64,000 nucleotides of DNA from Chiloscyllium plagiosum (GCF_004010195.1 NC_057750.1:19415366-19479365), one strand, 5' to 3'; positions 11,560-24,171 are shown, numbered from the stretch's first letter. Numbers and translations are program-made. The notes: generated from the letters alone by a model not told the origin.

Positions 11560-13385
11560 CTAGTCAGGTGAATCCCAGAACTCTGAGAAGCTAAGGAAGT
11601 CCCTTGCTGAGATATTTGTATTATTAATAGCCATGGATGAGGTGTTGAAAGACTGGAGGGCAGCTAATGTGATGCCATTGTTTAAGGAAGGTGGTAAGGA
11701 AAAGCCTGGAAACTCTACACCGGTGAGCCTGCTGTCAGTGATGGATAAATTGTTAGAAGAGATTCTGAGGGACAGGATCTACAAGTATTTGGAAAGGTAG
11801 TGACTGATTAGTAATAGACAACATGGCTTTGTGCATGGGAAATTGTGTTTTGCTAACTTGACTGAGTTTTTTCAAGAAGTGACAAAGAAGATTGATGAAG
11901 GAAGAGTGATGGATGGTGTCCATATGGACTTCAGCAAAGTGTTCGAAAAGGTTCCGCAAGGTAGACTAGTTACCAAGGCTAGATCACATGGAATTCTGGG
12001 AGACCGAGCCATTTAGATACAAAATTGACTTGAAGGTAGAAGACAGAGGGTGTGGTGGAGGGTTGTTTCGAGGATTGGAGGCCTGTGACCAACAGTGTGC
12101 AGCAAGAATCAGAGCTGGGTCTACTTCCTTTTGTCATTTACATAAATGATTTGGATGTAATTATCGGAGGAATGCTAAGTAAGTTTGCAGATGACACCAA
12201 AAATGGTGGTGTGGTGAACCATGAAGAAGACTACCTCAGGTTACCTCGGATCTTGATTAGATGGGCTAATGGGCTAAGGAGAGTCCATTGAATTAGACAG
12301 TTATGAGGTGTTGCATTTTAGAAAAGCAAGTCAGGGCAGGACTTATACACTTAATGCCAAACCAATAGATCATGGGATGCAGGTTCATAGTTTCTTAAAG
12401 GTGGAGTCACAGGTTGACAGGGTAGTGAAGAAGACGTTTGGTACACTTATCTTTATTGGTCAGTGCATTGAGTATAGGAGTTGGGAGGTAATGTTGTGGC
12501 TGTACAGGACATTGGTTAGGCCACTATTGGACTACTGTGTGCAATTCTGGTCTCCCTGCTATCAGAAGGATGTTGTGAAACTTGAAAGGGTTCAGAAAAG
12601 ATTTACAAGGATGTTAGAACATAGAACATAGAACATAGAAGAATACAGCGCAGTACAGGCCCTTTGGCCCTCGATGTTGCGCCGATCCAAGCCCACCTAA
12701 CCTACACTAGCCCACTATCCTCCATATGCCTATCCAATGCACGTTTAAATGCCCATAATGAAGGAGAGTCCACCACTGCTACTGGCAGGGCATTCCATGA
12801 ACTCACGACTCGCTGAGTAAAGAACATAAATGATTTGGATGTAATTATCGGAGGAATGCTAAGTAAGTTTGCAGATGACACCAAAAATGGTGGTGTGGTG
12901 AACCATGAAGAAGACTACCTCAGGTTACCTCGGATCTGTTATGTTGTTATGGTTGGATGTTTTGAGCAATAGGGAGAGGCTGAATAAGCTGGGGCTCTTT
13001 TCCCTGGAGCATGAGAGGCTGAGGTTTGGTGGTTTATAGAGGTTTATAAAATCATGAGGGGCATGAGGAATAGCCAATGTCTTTTTATTAGGGTAGGTGA
13101 ATCTAGACAAGAGGCATAGGTTTAAGGTGAGAAGGAAATAATTTAAAAGGGACCTAAGGGGTAACTTTTTCACGTAGAGGGTGGTGTGCATATGGAATGA
13201 GCTGCCCGAGGAAGTAGTGGAGACTGGTACAATTATAACATTCAAAAGGCATCTGGATGGGTATATGAATAGATGGTTATGGGCCAAATGCTGGCAAATA
13301 GGACCAGATTAATTTGAGTTATCTGGTCGACATGTACAAGTTGGACTGAAGGATTTGTTTCCATTATGTACAACTCCATGGCTCA
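11560..13385 (+). mobile_element. CR1 LINE RT and 3' end with a nested inverted young CR1 tail
   Basis: MDFSKVFEKVP, YINDLD...SKFADDTK, LVRPLLDYCVQFWSP. Confidence 0.9.
12616..12824 (-). mobile_element. Young 5'-truncated CR1 3' end
   Basis: (agaacat)n tail at the left end; minus-strand FFTQRVVSSWNALP; several CpGs preserved. Confidence 0.8.
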
Positions 13386-16300
13386 ATTACCTTCCCTGTC
13401 GGTGAGAAAAATGACTGCTTTTCTCATAGGAAAACCAGAGCAACCTGACTGCTGGGAGAGTGGTGCCCTCCAGTGAAGCCAATCTGGAGGCTATTGGGGC
13501 AGGGATGGTTGCAGGGGATATTGACAGCCACATCTTCCCTTGTGTCCAAGCCCTCAACAATCTGTAATCACCAGCTCACCAAATCTACTCTTGGATGCCC
13601 TGCTTTTCACAGCTCAGGCCTCCAATGACATTCTTCAGTATCCTGAGGCCACTAATGCCTGATTGTGTGCCAGGCCAGGAACTCAGTGCCTATAGATACT
13701 TGATCTGGACAGCTTTCTCGCTGGTAGAGGTGGGAAATTAACCACTTCAAAGTCACAGACTGTGCACTAAGACCAAAATCACAACCGCCGTATTGGTAGC
13801 ATCCACACGGAAGCCATTTGGCCCATCAAGACCAGCAATACCAGTGCTCTAAGTCCCATTTCGAACAACCACCCACCTTCACAATGCTTCACTGTCCCAC
13901 CCACATCCCTGTACCCTACGAGTTTACTTCCTTCCAGTGCCCATTGAACTTCCCTTTGAAATCTTTATTGCCTCCACTTCAGCTGCTCTTGTGGGCAGTG
14001 AGTTTGAGGTCATTACCACTTATCACATGTAAACATTCTTTACAAGCCCAATCCCTGCATCACACACCAGCTAACCCCAGCTTTATAACCGACAGTTCCT
14101 GGCCCAGCCAGGACTGGAGATTTGAATGGGAAACAAGCCGATGTGTTGGATGACCATATTCTGATTCTCAATCTAATTAACCTTTCTCAATTGGCATGCG
14201 TAGGGCAAACATAGAAACCAGCCAAGAGTGCCCTCAGATCTGGATAACAGTTAGAACATTCATCCATTGAGGACTGGATGGTGCTGCTGCTGGCATCAGT
14301 ACTGATATTGATACCTGAAGAACCAGATATGCTTGCCTGACCTTACATTTTCTGTTCATTCATGGGATGTGGGCATTGTTGGCTGGGCTAGCATTTGTTA
14401 CCCAAACCTAGTTGCCCTTGAGAAGGTTGTGGAGAGCTACCTTCTTGAACCACTGCAGTCCATATGCCATGGGTTGATCCACAATGTCCTTAGTGAGGGA
14501 ATTCTAGGATTTTGTCCCAGCAACATTGAAGGAAAGGTGATATATTTCCAAGTCACGTTGGTGAGTGGCTTGGAGGGGAAATTGGCAGGTAGTGGTGTTC
14601 CCATGTCTCTGCTGCCCTTGTTCTTGTTACAGCTGATTGGGAAGGTGATGTCTAAGGATCGTCGGTGAATACAACTAAAGTGAAAAGTGTTTGTCTTGTG
14701 AAGATAACAAAATCAATGTTAAACCTTCAGGAATTTAACGCAATGAGAGCCATAGGAAGTGTTTCAGTTAGGTGGAATTCTGTGTCTGGGATTTGAATTG
14801 TTCTTGGGTGAGAGCCCAGTTATTGGAGGTGCCAGCTTAAACTCCTGTACATTTCTGGATCAGATCCCAAACTCGACATTTCTTTCAACATGTCTTCGGA
14901 AACTACAGCCAAGTCGTCTTCTCATTCAGCAACATGGTATAAGAAAAGTGGTTGAGGTTCAGTTTGTTGACAGAGATAGGATTTGTAGATAGAGGTATGT
15001 TTCATTATTTAATTTCTTCCGACTTACAAGCTGACCCATTAGGAAGGAATTAGACTGCCAAATATTACAGGAATTAATGTTTGATTTGGCATCCTTCCCT
15101 GCTCTAAAGTGCCAATGCTTATTCAGTCCCTGATAAGGCAATGCTTCATGTGAGCCAAACAGCCAAATCAGACTATTTTTCGTATCGTCATTCCAGTCTG
15201 GGATTATGGCTCTCAGGAAGAGCGCTATGCATTCACACAGATCAGGGCTATGTCGCAAAGTTATGGATAGAGGCAAATGCTGAGTTGTAGCAACCAAACA
15301 AGTAAGTTATTTATTATATTGAATCGGTTTCCAAAATCGAGATTTTTAAGTGACTTTGTTTTAAACAAACAAACAGAAGTTACATATCCCAAGGCAGAAA
15401 ATTTGATAAGGAGACTTAAAATATGTATTTATTAGGTTTAAAAACAGAGGAACAGAGAGACTTTTCTGGACCATTATATCTCAGCAGTCAATGTGAGAAA
15501 GTCTGGGAACTGCACCTTAGGACAGTTTCGGAACTCATACAAAGGAGGTTGGTCAGAATGGGGGACAGAATCAATAATTATTGGGCATGGCCAGGCATAC
15601 TCCTTAACCAAGGGAGTCTACAATAGGATGAGGGAGGCATTCGCTAAAGTCGACTGGAAGCAAAAACCTTATGGTTGAACAGTTGACAAACAGTGGAGGA
15701 CTTTCAAAGCAATTTTTCAAAGTGCTCAGCAACAGTATAGACCAGTGAAAAGGAAGGCTGTAGGAAAAGGGGTAATCTGCCATGGATGGCTAAGGAAATA
15801 AGGGAGGCTGTCACGTTGCAAGAGAAGGCATACAAAGTGGCCAAGATCAGTTGGAAACTAAAAGATTGGGAAAGCTTTAGAAGTCAACAGAAAGCCACAA
15901 AAAAGATATGAAGAAAAGTAAGATAGATTATGAGAATAAACTAGCTCAGAATATAAAGACAGATAGCAAACGTTTTCTATAAATATATAAAACGAGAAAG
16001 AGGGACAAAGTAGACATTTGTCCTTTAGAGGACAAGAAAGTGGGGTTTAGTAATGGGATATGAGGAAATGGCTGAGGCTTGAATAGATATTTTGTGTCAG
16101 TCTTCACAGTGGAGGACATGAATATCATATCAGTAATTGACAAAGACAAAGATAGGTGAGGATCTGGAAACAATCACAATCACTATCACAAAAGAGATAG
16201 AGTTGGGTAAGTTAATGGAGCTAAGGGTAGACAATTCTCCTTGCCTGGATGGAATGCATCCCAGGGTACTAAAAGAGTTGACGGGAGAAATAACAAAAGC

Positions 16301-16739
16301 AATTGTGGTAATTTTCTGAAATTCACTGGACTCTGGGGCAGTTCTAGCAGATTGTGACACCACCATTTAAAAAAGGAGGTAGACAAAAAGATGGGTATTT
16401 ATAGACCTGTTTGTTTAACTTTGAGGAAAATGCTTGAATCTGTTACTAAGGAAGAAATAGCAAGGCACCTAGTCAGAAATTGTCCCGTTGGCAGATGCAG
16501 GGTGCATCTGGAATTCTATGAAGACATTACAACCATGATGGAAAAGGAGGACCCAGTAGATGTGGTGTACCTAGATTTCAAAAAGGCATTTGACAGGGTG
16601 CAGCACAAAAGGCTACTTTTTAAGATAAAGATGCAAGGCATAATGGGTAATGTGTTAAAATGGATAGAGGACTGGTTAACTAATAGGAAAGAGTGGGGAT
16701 AAATGAGTGTTTTTCTTATTGGTGATCAGTGACTAGTTT

Positions 16740-17014
16740 GGGCAGCACAGTGGCTCAGTGGTTAGCACTGCTGCACCAGGGTCCTGAGTTCAATTTCCGC
16801 CTGTCTGTGTGGAGTTTGCACATTCTCCCTGTGTCTGCATGGGTTTCTCCCACAATCCAAAGATGTGCAGGTCAGGTCAAATGGTCATGCTAAATTGCCC
16901 ACAGTGTTAGGAGCACTAGTCGGGGTAAATATAGGGTAGGGAAATGGGTTTGAGGGGCGGTGTGGACTTGTTGGGCCGAAGGGCCTGTTTCCACACTGGA
17001 GAGAATCTAATCTA
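16740..17014 (+). mobile_element. HE1 / V-SINE
   Basis: gggcagcacagtggctcagtggttagc head, V-domain and aatctaatct tail. Confidence 0.85.
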
Positions 17015-17058
17015 GTGGTGTACCTCAGGGATCAGTATTGGGACTGTAATTATTCACA

Positions 17059-17232
17059 GTTAAAAATCACACATCACCAGGTACAGTCCAACAGGTTTAT
17101 TTGGAAGCACTAGCTTTCGGAGCGCTGCTCCTTCATCAGGTGGTTGTCAACTGTTGGACATGTTGGACTATAACCTGGCATTGTGTGATTTTTAACTTTG
17201 TATACCCCAGTCCAACACTGGCACCTCCAACT
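17059..17232 (+). mobile_element. Penelope-derived hairpin element, family B, inserted in CR1
   Basis: Arms gttaaaaatcacaca..ccagg and cctgg..tgtgtgatttttaac; TSD tgtaattattcaca (17045-17058) / tgcaattattcaca (17233-17246). Confidence 0.82.
17108..17142 (-). ncRNA. Minimal type I hammerhead ribozyme motif (intact consensus)
   Basis: The - strand reads cac-CUGAUGA-A-GGAGC-agc-GCUCC-GAAA-GCUA-gug: full core, stems I and II, palindromic AGCU stem III and a CUA cleavage triplet. Confidence 0.72.
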
Positions 17233-18189
17233 TGCAATTATTCACAATTTACATAGATGATTTGGAGTTGGAAACCACAGACTGTGTGACAAAGTTTGCA
17301 GATGATACTAAGATGAGTGGTAGAGCAAAGTGTGCAGAGGACTGTGAAACTTTGCAAAGGAACATAGTTTAAGTGAGTCTGGCAGATGGAGTACAATGTT
17401 AATAAATGTGAATTCATACATTTTGGTAGGAATGACAATAAAAAGGACTACTATTTGAATGGTAAAACATCACAGCAGGCTGCTGTACAGAGGGACCTAG
17501 CTGTCCTTATGCATGAATCTCAGAAGGTTAGACTGCAGGTGCAACAGGTAATTAAGAAGGCAAATGGAATTTTGTCCTTCATTGCTAAAGAGATTGAATT
17601 TAAAAGCAAAGAGGTTATGTTGCAGGAATTTAGAGTGCTGGTGAGGCCACACCTGGAGTACAGCATTCAGTTTTGGTCTCCTTATTTGAGAACAGATGTA
17701 CTGTTATGAAGCAGATTTAGGACTGAACTCAGAAGGATATTCTTCACTCAGAGGATTGTGAATCTATGGAATCCCCTGGCCAGTGAAGTAGTTGAGACTT
17801 TCTCAGTGAACGTTTTTAAAGTTAAGATAGATAATTTTTGGAACAGTAAAGGAATTAAGGTTTACGGTGAGAGGGCGGGTAAGTGGAGCTAAGGCCATGA
17901 AAAGATCAGTCATGATCTTATTGAATGGCAGAGCAGGCTTGAAGGGTCGGATGGCCTACTCCTGCTCCAAGTTCTTATTGTTCTTATTCTGTGTGTTCAC
18001 CTGGGAACCAAGGAGTTTACAAGGTGGCCGAGTTTTTAGGACAGTGGCAAGTTTTGATGATGAGAGAAGATCACTTCCTGTAGCATAGCTAAGGCTCGTT
18101 GTACGTTGCTGTAGATCAGGAAGCCTGGGTTCAAGTCTCACCTGCTCAAGAGGTGTGTAATACTGCTGTAAGTTGAAAATTCATATAAT

Positions 18190-18490
18190 AGAATACCTAC
18201 AGTGTGGCAAGAGGCCATTCAGCCCATCGAGTCCACACTGACCCTCCAAAGCCGCAGCCCCACACTCTATTCCCATAACCCCACATATTACCATGATTAA
18301 TCGGTTCCCTGGAATTACCGACAATTTATCACATCTTTGGACTGTGGGAGGAAACTGGAATACCCGAAGGAAATCCACGCAGGCATGGAGAGAACATGCA
18401 AACTCCACACACACTATGACCCGAGCTGGAATCAAACCCGGGTTCCTGGTGTTGTGAGGCAGCAGCACTAAGCACTGAGCTACCCTGTTG
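18190..18490 (-). mobile_element. HE1 / V-SINE
   Basis: Reverse complement of the V-domain and tRNA head (tgcaaactccacac...gtgaggcagcagcactaagcactgagc). Confidence 0.82.
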
Positions 18491-19317
18491 TCTCAAAATC
18501 ATTTTTGAAACGTCTAGAGCCAAGTTGAGGAAACATATTTTAGCTTGTTTAGTATACAAGATCTGAAATGATCTGGAAATAGGATGGAAGTGGATTCTAT
18601 AAATAATTTGGAAATGGACTGAGTTGAAAATCTTATGGTCTTGCAAACAGCGTCAGTGTGGGATGAAACACAACTACTCTTACAAAGAGCTAGTAGGAAC
18701 GGAATGGGTCAAATGGCCTCCCTCAGTCTGTAAGCTGATATGATTTATGGTTCGAAAGCATTGGACAGGATGTGGAAGAAATTTAACAGAAAAGCTCTTG
18801 GTTTAATGTTCTTTAGTTTGTGGACAGGCCAGAATCTAAAGTTGTTCTCTTTCAAATAGGCAAAGGGGTGATTAAAGTAGAGAATTACAATGCATTTTGA
18901 GAGAGTGGGAACAGAGAATTTCATTGGCAGTAACCAGAGGACAAAGAGTTAAAACATCCAACAGGAAACAAGGATCTTTTTACCACAGTGTTATGATACC
19001 TAGGAGGAACAAAACAAATGTAATGTCTTTCAATGAAGAGTGATTAACACAAGACAAATGTAATAATAGAAAGGAAGCTATATATATAGATGAATAGATG
19101 CAAAGGTTAAGGTGGAAATTATTTTTAATTTCTAAAAATAGGGTCATTGCACATGCGCAAAAAAATTCAGATGAGCACATGCAGTCGGCACTCATCGTTG
19201 GTGCCAGCAGACGAAGGCTTGGATTTGGACAGATTCCTGAACATTTTATATGGCTACGGAGAACGAGTGGAATAATGGGATCATATGGAGAGCTCGCATA
19301 GCAGCATCATCTCGTCT

Positions 19318-19652
19318 CGGCACGGTTGCTCAGTGGTTAGTTCTGCTGCCTCACAGCACCAGAAACCTGAGTTTGATTCCACCCTCAAGCAACTGCCTGT
19401 GAGCAGTTTACACGTTCTCCCTGTATCTGTGTGGGTTTCTTCCGGGTGCTCCAGCTTCCCCTCTCAGTCCAAAGATGTGCAAGTTAGGTGAATTGGCCGT
19501 GCTAAATTGCCCATAGTGTCCAGGGATATGCAGGCTAGGTGGATTTGCTATGGGAAATGCAGGATTATAGGGTGGATCTGGGTGGATGCTTTTTGAAGGG
19601 TCAGTGTTGACTTGATGGGCCAAATGGCCTGCATCCACTCTGTAGGGATTGT
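19318..19652 (+). mobile_element. HE1 / V-SINE
   Basis: cggcacggttgctcagtggttag head, V-domain and CR1-like tail. Confidence 0.82.
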
Positions 19653-21195
19653 ATAATTGATAAAAATATAAAAACTTAGGATGAAATGCTGTTTTGCAGC
19701 ACCAGATCTAACAGCTCAAACTGGGCATCCATGAGGCACTGTGGGTCATCACAGCAGCAGAATTATACTCAACACAATCTGCAGCCTCATGGCCCAGCAG
19801 TCTACCATTATCAACAAGCCAGGGGATCAACCCTGGTTCAATGAAGAGTGCAGGAGGGCATGCCAGGAACAGCAAGAGATACACCTGAAAATGAGGTGCA
19901 GATGCCAAACTGTGGAATCAGTATGTGATAGACCAAGAAAAAGCAATTTCACAGCTGATGGATCAGATCTAAGCTCTGCAGACCTGCCATATCAGCAGTG
20001 GACTGAAAAAATAAAGCACTGGAGGAGGAGACTTCAGAAATATCCCCAACCTGGACAATGTACAGGCTGAGAGCATCAGTGCAAAAAAGACAACATTGGA
20101 ACATTGCAGGATCTTCAGGCAGTAGAGCTGGTGAATTGTCCATCTTGACCTCTGCCTTATATCACAGTTATCAGTCTTCAATTTGATTTGCTCCATATAA
20201 TATCAAGAAATAGTTGAAGGTATTGCATAATGCAAAGGCTAAGGGCCCTGACAACATTTCAGCAATAGTACTGAGGATTGAAGCAGCCAAGCTGTTGCAG
20301 CACAAAACAATACCAACATGAACTTGACAATGTGGAAAATTGCTCAGGTGTTCCTTTCCATAACAGGTTGGGACATACCCAGGTACAGAAATGGTTGGGT
20401 TTGGGACATAGTCATACCTGTGTAATCATACCTCAGAAACAACATCAAGCTGTTGACTAGTCTGTGAGACACCTCTCTCAGTTTGAGAACATACCCCTGA
20501 ATACTAGTAAGCAGATTTTGCAGGGCCGACAAAGCTGGGATTGCTGTCAACATTTCTAGTGCCTTGTTTGATGCTGATGGTTCATCCAGTTTTATTCCTT
20601 TGCTTTGACATGGAGGTTTAGTGGAATTGGGTGGCTTGCCACACTATTTCAGATGGCAGGAAGAGTCAGCCACATTTCGGTCATTGTTCCACCTTTATTT
20701 CAATTCAGGCTGATCTTGGGCTCAACTACCCTGTCTGTTCATGATATCCTTTGATTTCCTGAGAAATGTCTACTCCAGCCTTAAATATATTCAACAATGG
20801 AGAATGCCAAAGGTCCTCAACTCTTTGAGTGAAGTAATCTCTCCTCATCTCAGTCCAAAATGACAGTTCCCTAATCCTCACACTATGCCACCATGTTTTC
20901 GATTACCTGACCAATGGAGCCTCCAGAGGCTGTGTTGAGTTATTGCAGTAACACACAGGGGCACACCTGGAGGCAGATGTGCGACTCATAGATATCCTGC
21001 TGACCAGAAAACAACACATCCCTGACTCAGAGGAGGAGTGGTATGCCCCTGCTTTGTAATTTCTTGCAAATCCTTTGTTTTGATGCTCAGACTGGTTTTG
21101 CACAAGCCGTTTGTTGTACGCTGTGATTGTCTGTCTTTTCTGTAACAGTGAGGAATCACACCCATCTAATGGTTCTTTTCGTTTTCCTCTTTAAG

Positions 21196-21335
21196 AGCCA
21201 GACACAGCCCCAGGCAACATAACCTTCCTGTACAATGGCAGTGTTCTGCTCTTCAAATGGGAGAAACCATCCACAGGCCTTAATGGGGTCTTGCAAGGAT
21301 ACAAAGTGGCATACCAGGACCAAGACGATGCTGAG
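21196..21335 (+). CDS. AXL: AXL exon, N-terminal half of FN3 domain 2
   Basis: ttttcctctttaag| acceptor and GAG|gtgaat donor; 140 nt, phase 1 to 0. Encodes (E)PDTAPGNITFLYNGSVLLFKWEKPSTGLNGVLQGYKVAYQDQDDAE, matching AXL 'PPENISATRNGSQAFVHWQEP...LLGYRLAYQGQDTPE'. Not in the ORF track. Confidence 0.92.
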
Positions 21336-22942
21336 GTGAATGGCTTTCAGATTTTGTAATTTTGTTAATATGCATGCGAAGCTTTGGCTTATTCCAACTC
21401 TTACTGGATGGACTATCCCACATAGCCTGCTTCATTTCATTCCTGATCAGTCTAAACAACTAAAATCTTACTCTACTCTTCCCTGATGCTACAAACCTCA
21501 ATAATTCCTGGTTTGCCATCCCAGGTAGTCTTTAAGCATTGAAATCCAATTAACAGTTGCCAAATTGTTTCCATTTTGTCTTCCATCAGCTTCTCAGCTA
21601 TTTGCAAAGCTGTCCTTCTCCTGTAGGCTGTGGTTACTTAATTTCCTGGATCAGGAAGGAAACACTTGAGTTTATAAAGCACTTTCCATCATCTCAGGAT
21701 GTCCTGGTGTGCTTTATACTCTGCTAGAAGAAGTGGTGGAGGCTGATACAATTGCAACATTTAAAAGGCATCTGCATGGGTTTATGAGTAGGAAAGGTTT
21801 AGAGAGATATGGGCCAAGTGCTGGCAAATGGGACTAGATGAGGTTAGGATATCTGGTCAGCATGGACGAGTTGGACCGAAGGGTCTGATTCCGAAATGTA
21901 CATCTGTATGACTCAATGTCAATTTTCTTAAATCTAGTCACTGCTGTAATGTGGGAAACATGAAGCCCGATTGTCACACAACAAGTTTTATTTATTTGTT
22001 CATGGGAAGTGAGTGCCATTGGCTCAATCAACTTTTATTGCCCACCCCTAATTGCCCTTCAATTGAGTGTCATGTTGGTCAATCCAGAGGGCAGTTGAGA
22101 ATCAACTGCATTGCAGTGACTCTGGAGTCACATGTAGACTAGACCAGTAGGGGCATTAGTGAACCAGTGGGGTTTTTATGACAATCAATAGTGGTTACAT
22201 GGCCGCCATCAACTCAGGCTTTAATTCTAGGTTTTTAGTGACTCAAACTTTTATCATGTTGCCAGAGTGGGATTCAAACTCATGTCCCCAGAATATTAAC
22301 CTCAGGTTCTGGATTAATAGTCCAGTGACATTGCCACTAAGTCACCTTCTCCCCAACGACTATATAATGTTCATGAGATCACCTGGTTTTGTGATGTTGG
22401 TTGATAAATAAACACTTGCCAGGATACCAAGGAGTTTTTATTCAGGATAAATCCTCAGACCGTGAACATCCACCTGAGGCTGTTATGAAGGTTCCTAAAA
22501 GTTGGTCCCTCTGCTGGTATAGCTCTTCCTCAGCGATACCATGGGTTGAAAGCCTGAAATTTATTGGAGATACAACATCCTCTGCATAATACAACCAGCA
22601 GGGATGGCAGAGAAATAAGAAAAAAACAAAATGAGAAAGAAATGTTGGTTCCAATTCTGTAAAGAAAATTGATGTGAATGAGGAGGGAGTTCTTAGTATG
22701 AGAAAATTAAAAGACATTCAAACCATTTAGGAGCTTGCACTCAGGAAATGTTATTTGTTGATCTTGTTCGAACAGACTTAGGTGTGGAAAATAGATAATA
22801 CTGACCAGATGAGACTTTAGGCCATGGGGTTGGAGTTATGCAATAGGTTTCAGCTAACCATCCACTGCTGGCACATAAGCATCTAGGAAAGTTTACGGTC
22901 ACCAGAGAAATGCCTGCAAGTTTTCAATGTTTTGTTTTGTAG

Positions 22943-23087
22943 GTGATAATGGACAATGGGCTGAGAGAGAACATTATCCTGGAGGTTGTCCTGCCTGTCA
23001 CCAACCTGACTCTCTGCGTGGCAGCCTACACGAAAGCTGGAGATGGGCCGTGGAGTGACCCTGTCCTGGTGACCCTCCCTAGCCCAG
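22943..23087 (+). CDS. AXL: AXL exon, C-terminal half of FN3 domain 2
   Basis: tttgttttgtag| acceptor and CAG|gtgag donor; 145 nt, phase 0 to 1. Encodes VIMDNGLRENIILEVVLPVTNLTLCVAAYTKAGDGPWSDPVLVTLPSP, versus AXL 'VLMDIGLRQEVTLEL...SNLTVCVAAYTAAGDGPWSLPV'. Confidence 0.95.
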
Positions 23088-23918
23088 GTGAGATCGGCCA
23101 GACTTTGTGCTCATGTTCCAACCAGTTCCTGGGAACTTGTGAGTGTTTCTGGAAAGGTGTATTGAAACTGATGAATGTCTTCCTCTTTGAGTTGATATTG
23201 AATGATGATCCTGTCCATTGTTTCCTTTTTTGAATTGAATAATTTCAATGAACCAAGAGATGGCAGGCCCATGTGACAACTTCTCTAATCCTGTTAAATT
23301 TCAAACAGGTCCTTGATGGGAGGTGATTGATTGTAGGTGACTGGAAATGTACCTGCTTGATTTAACTGTTGTTCCTGCCTTCTCATCCACTGGTAGTGGG
23401 TATGTGTTTTGGGGGACATAAAATCCAACCCAAAAGATAATGGAAATTTCATCCTTTTTTTTTCTCCTGCAAAAATATAGCTGTTTCTGTTGGAAGCAAG
23501 TTTTGTTGTGGGGTGGAGTGGCGTGGGGGGAGGGGTGCATTTAAAACTTTCAAAACCAAATCCTTGTAAGTCAATGATATTAAAGAGTTCAGAACCAAGT
23601 TAGGCAAATGAAATTAAGATCCAGTTCAACCGCGAATGGTAGAGCAAAACAGGCTTAATAGCGTTGAATAGCTTCCACTCCCTTCATGTGTTTTGATATT
23701 GACACAATTTTCTATGTTCAAAATGAGCTCAGAAATAATGAGGATCAACTAGCTAAATTAACTTGAGCAGACGTTTTATCTCAACCAGGAGCTATGACAG
23801 AATGGGCTTCTGTTATTGACTACAATGATTCAACTTAAGGGTAATTAATGTTATGTTCAACTGTTCTTCACCATTGCTGAGAGGCAAAACAATTTATTAT
23901 TTGCGATTCTCTACACAG

Positions 23919-23948
23919 GTATTCCAAGGCAGATAAGATATCCAATAG
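23919..23948 (+). CDS. AXL: Probable 30-nt symmetric cassette microexon of AXL (extracellular juxtamembrane stalk)
   Basis: ttctctacacag| acceptor and strong AG|gtaaga donor; phase 1 to 1, no stop codon. Encodes (G)IPRQIRYPI. Same position as the short alternatively spliced stalk exon of mammalian AXL. Confidence 0.7.
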
Positions 23949-24171
23949 GTAAGAGACGACCTTTGGTTAGGTTTTATATGAAAGGAGAATGTTCCAGAAC
24001 TCATTAAAGTACTTTTGGTGTGCAACTATTTGAAAGAAAAAGGCTAGTCAGTCTTGAAGTCAACTCAAATCCGCTTTGCTGCTTAAACTTTGACTCCCTG
24101 TTGAGCAAGACAAATGTTGTTTTGGAATGTAATATTTCTCTCTTGAGAGACAGAACAATATGAGAACAGAA

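Larger units (their letters stand above)
15570..17990 (+). mobile_element. CR1 LINE ORF2, decayed, with nested HE1 and Penelope hairpin
   Basis: DNSPCLDGMHPRVLKEL, VDVVYLDFKKAFDRV, LVRPHLEYSIQFWSPY. Confidence 0.88.
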
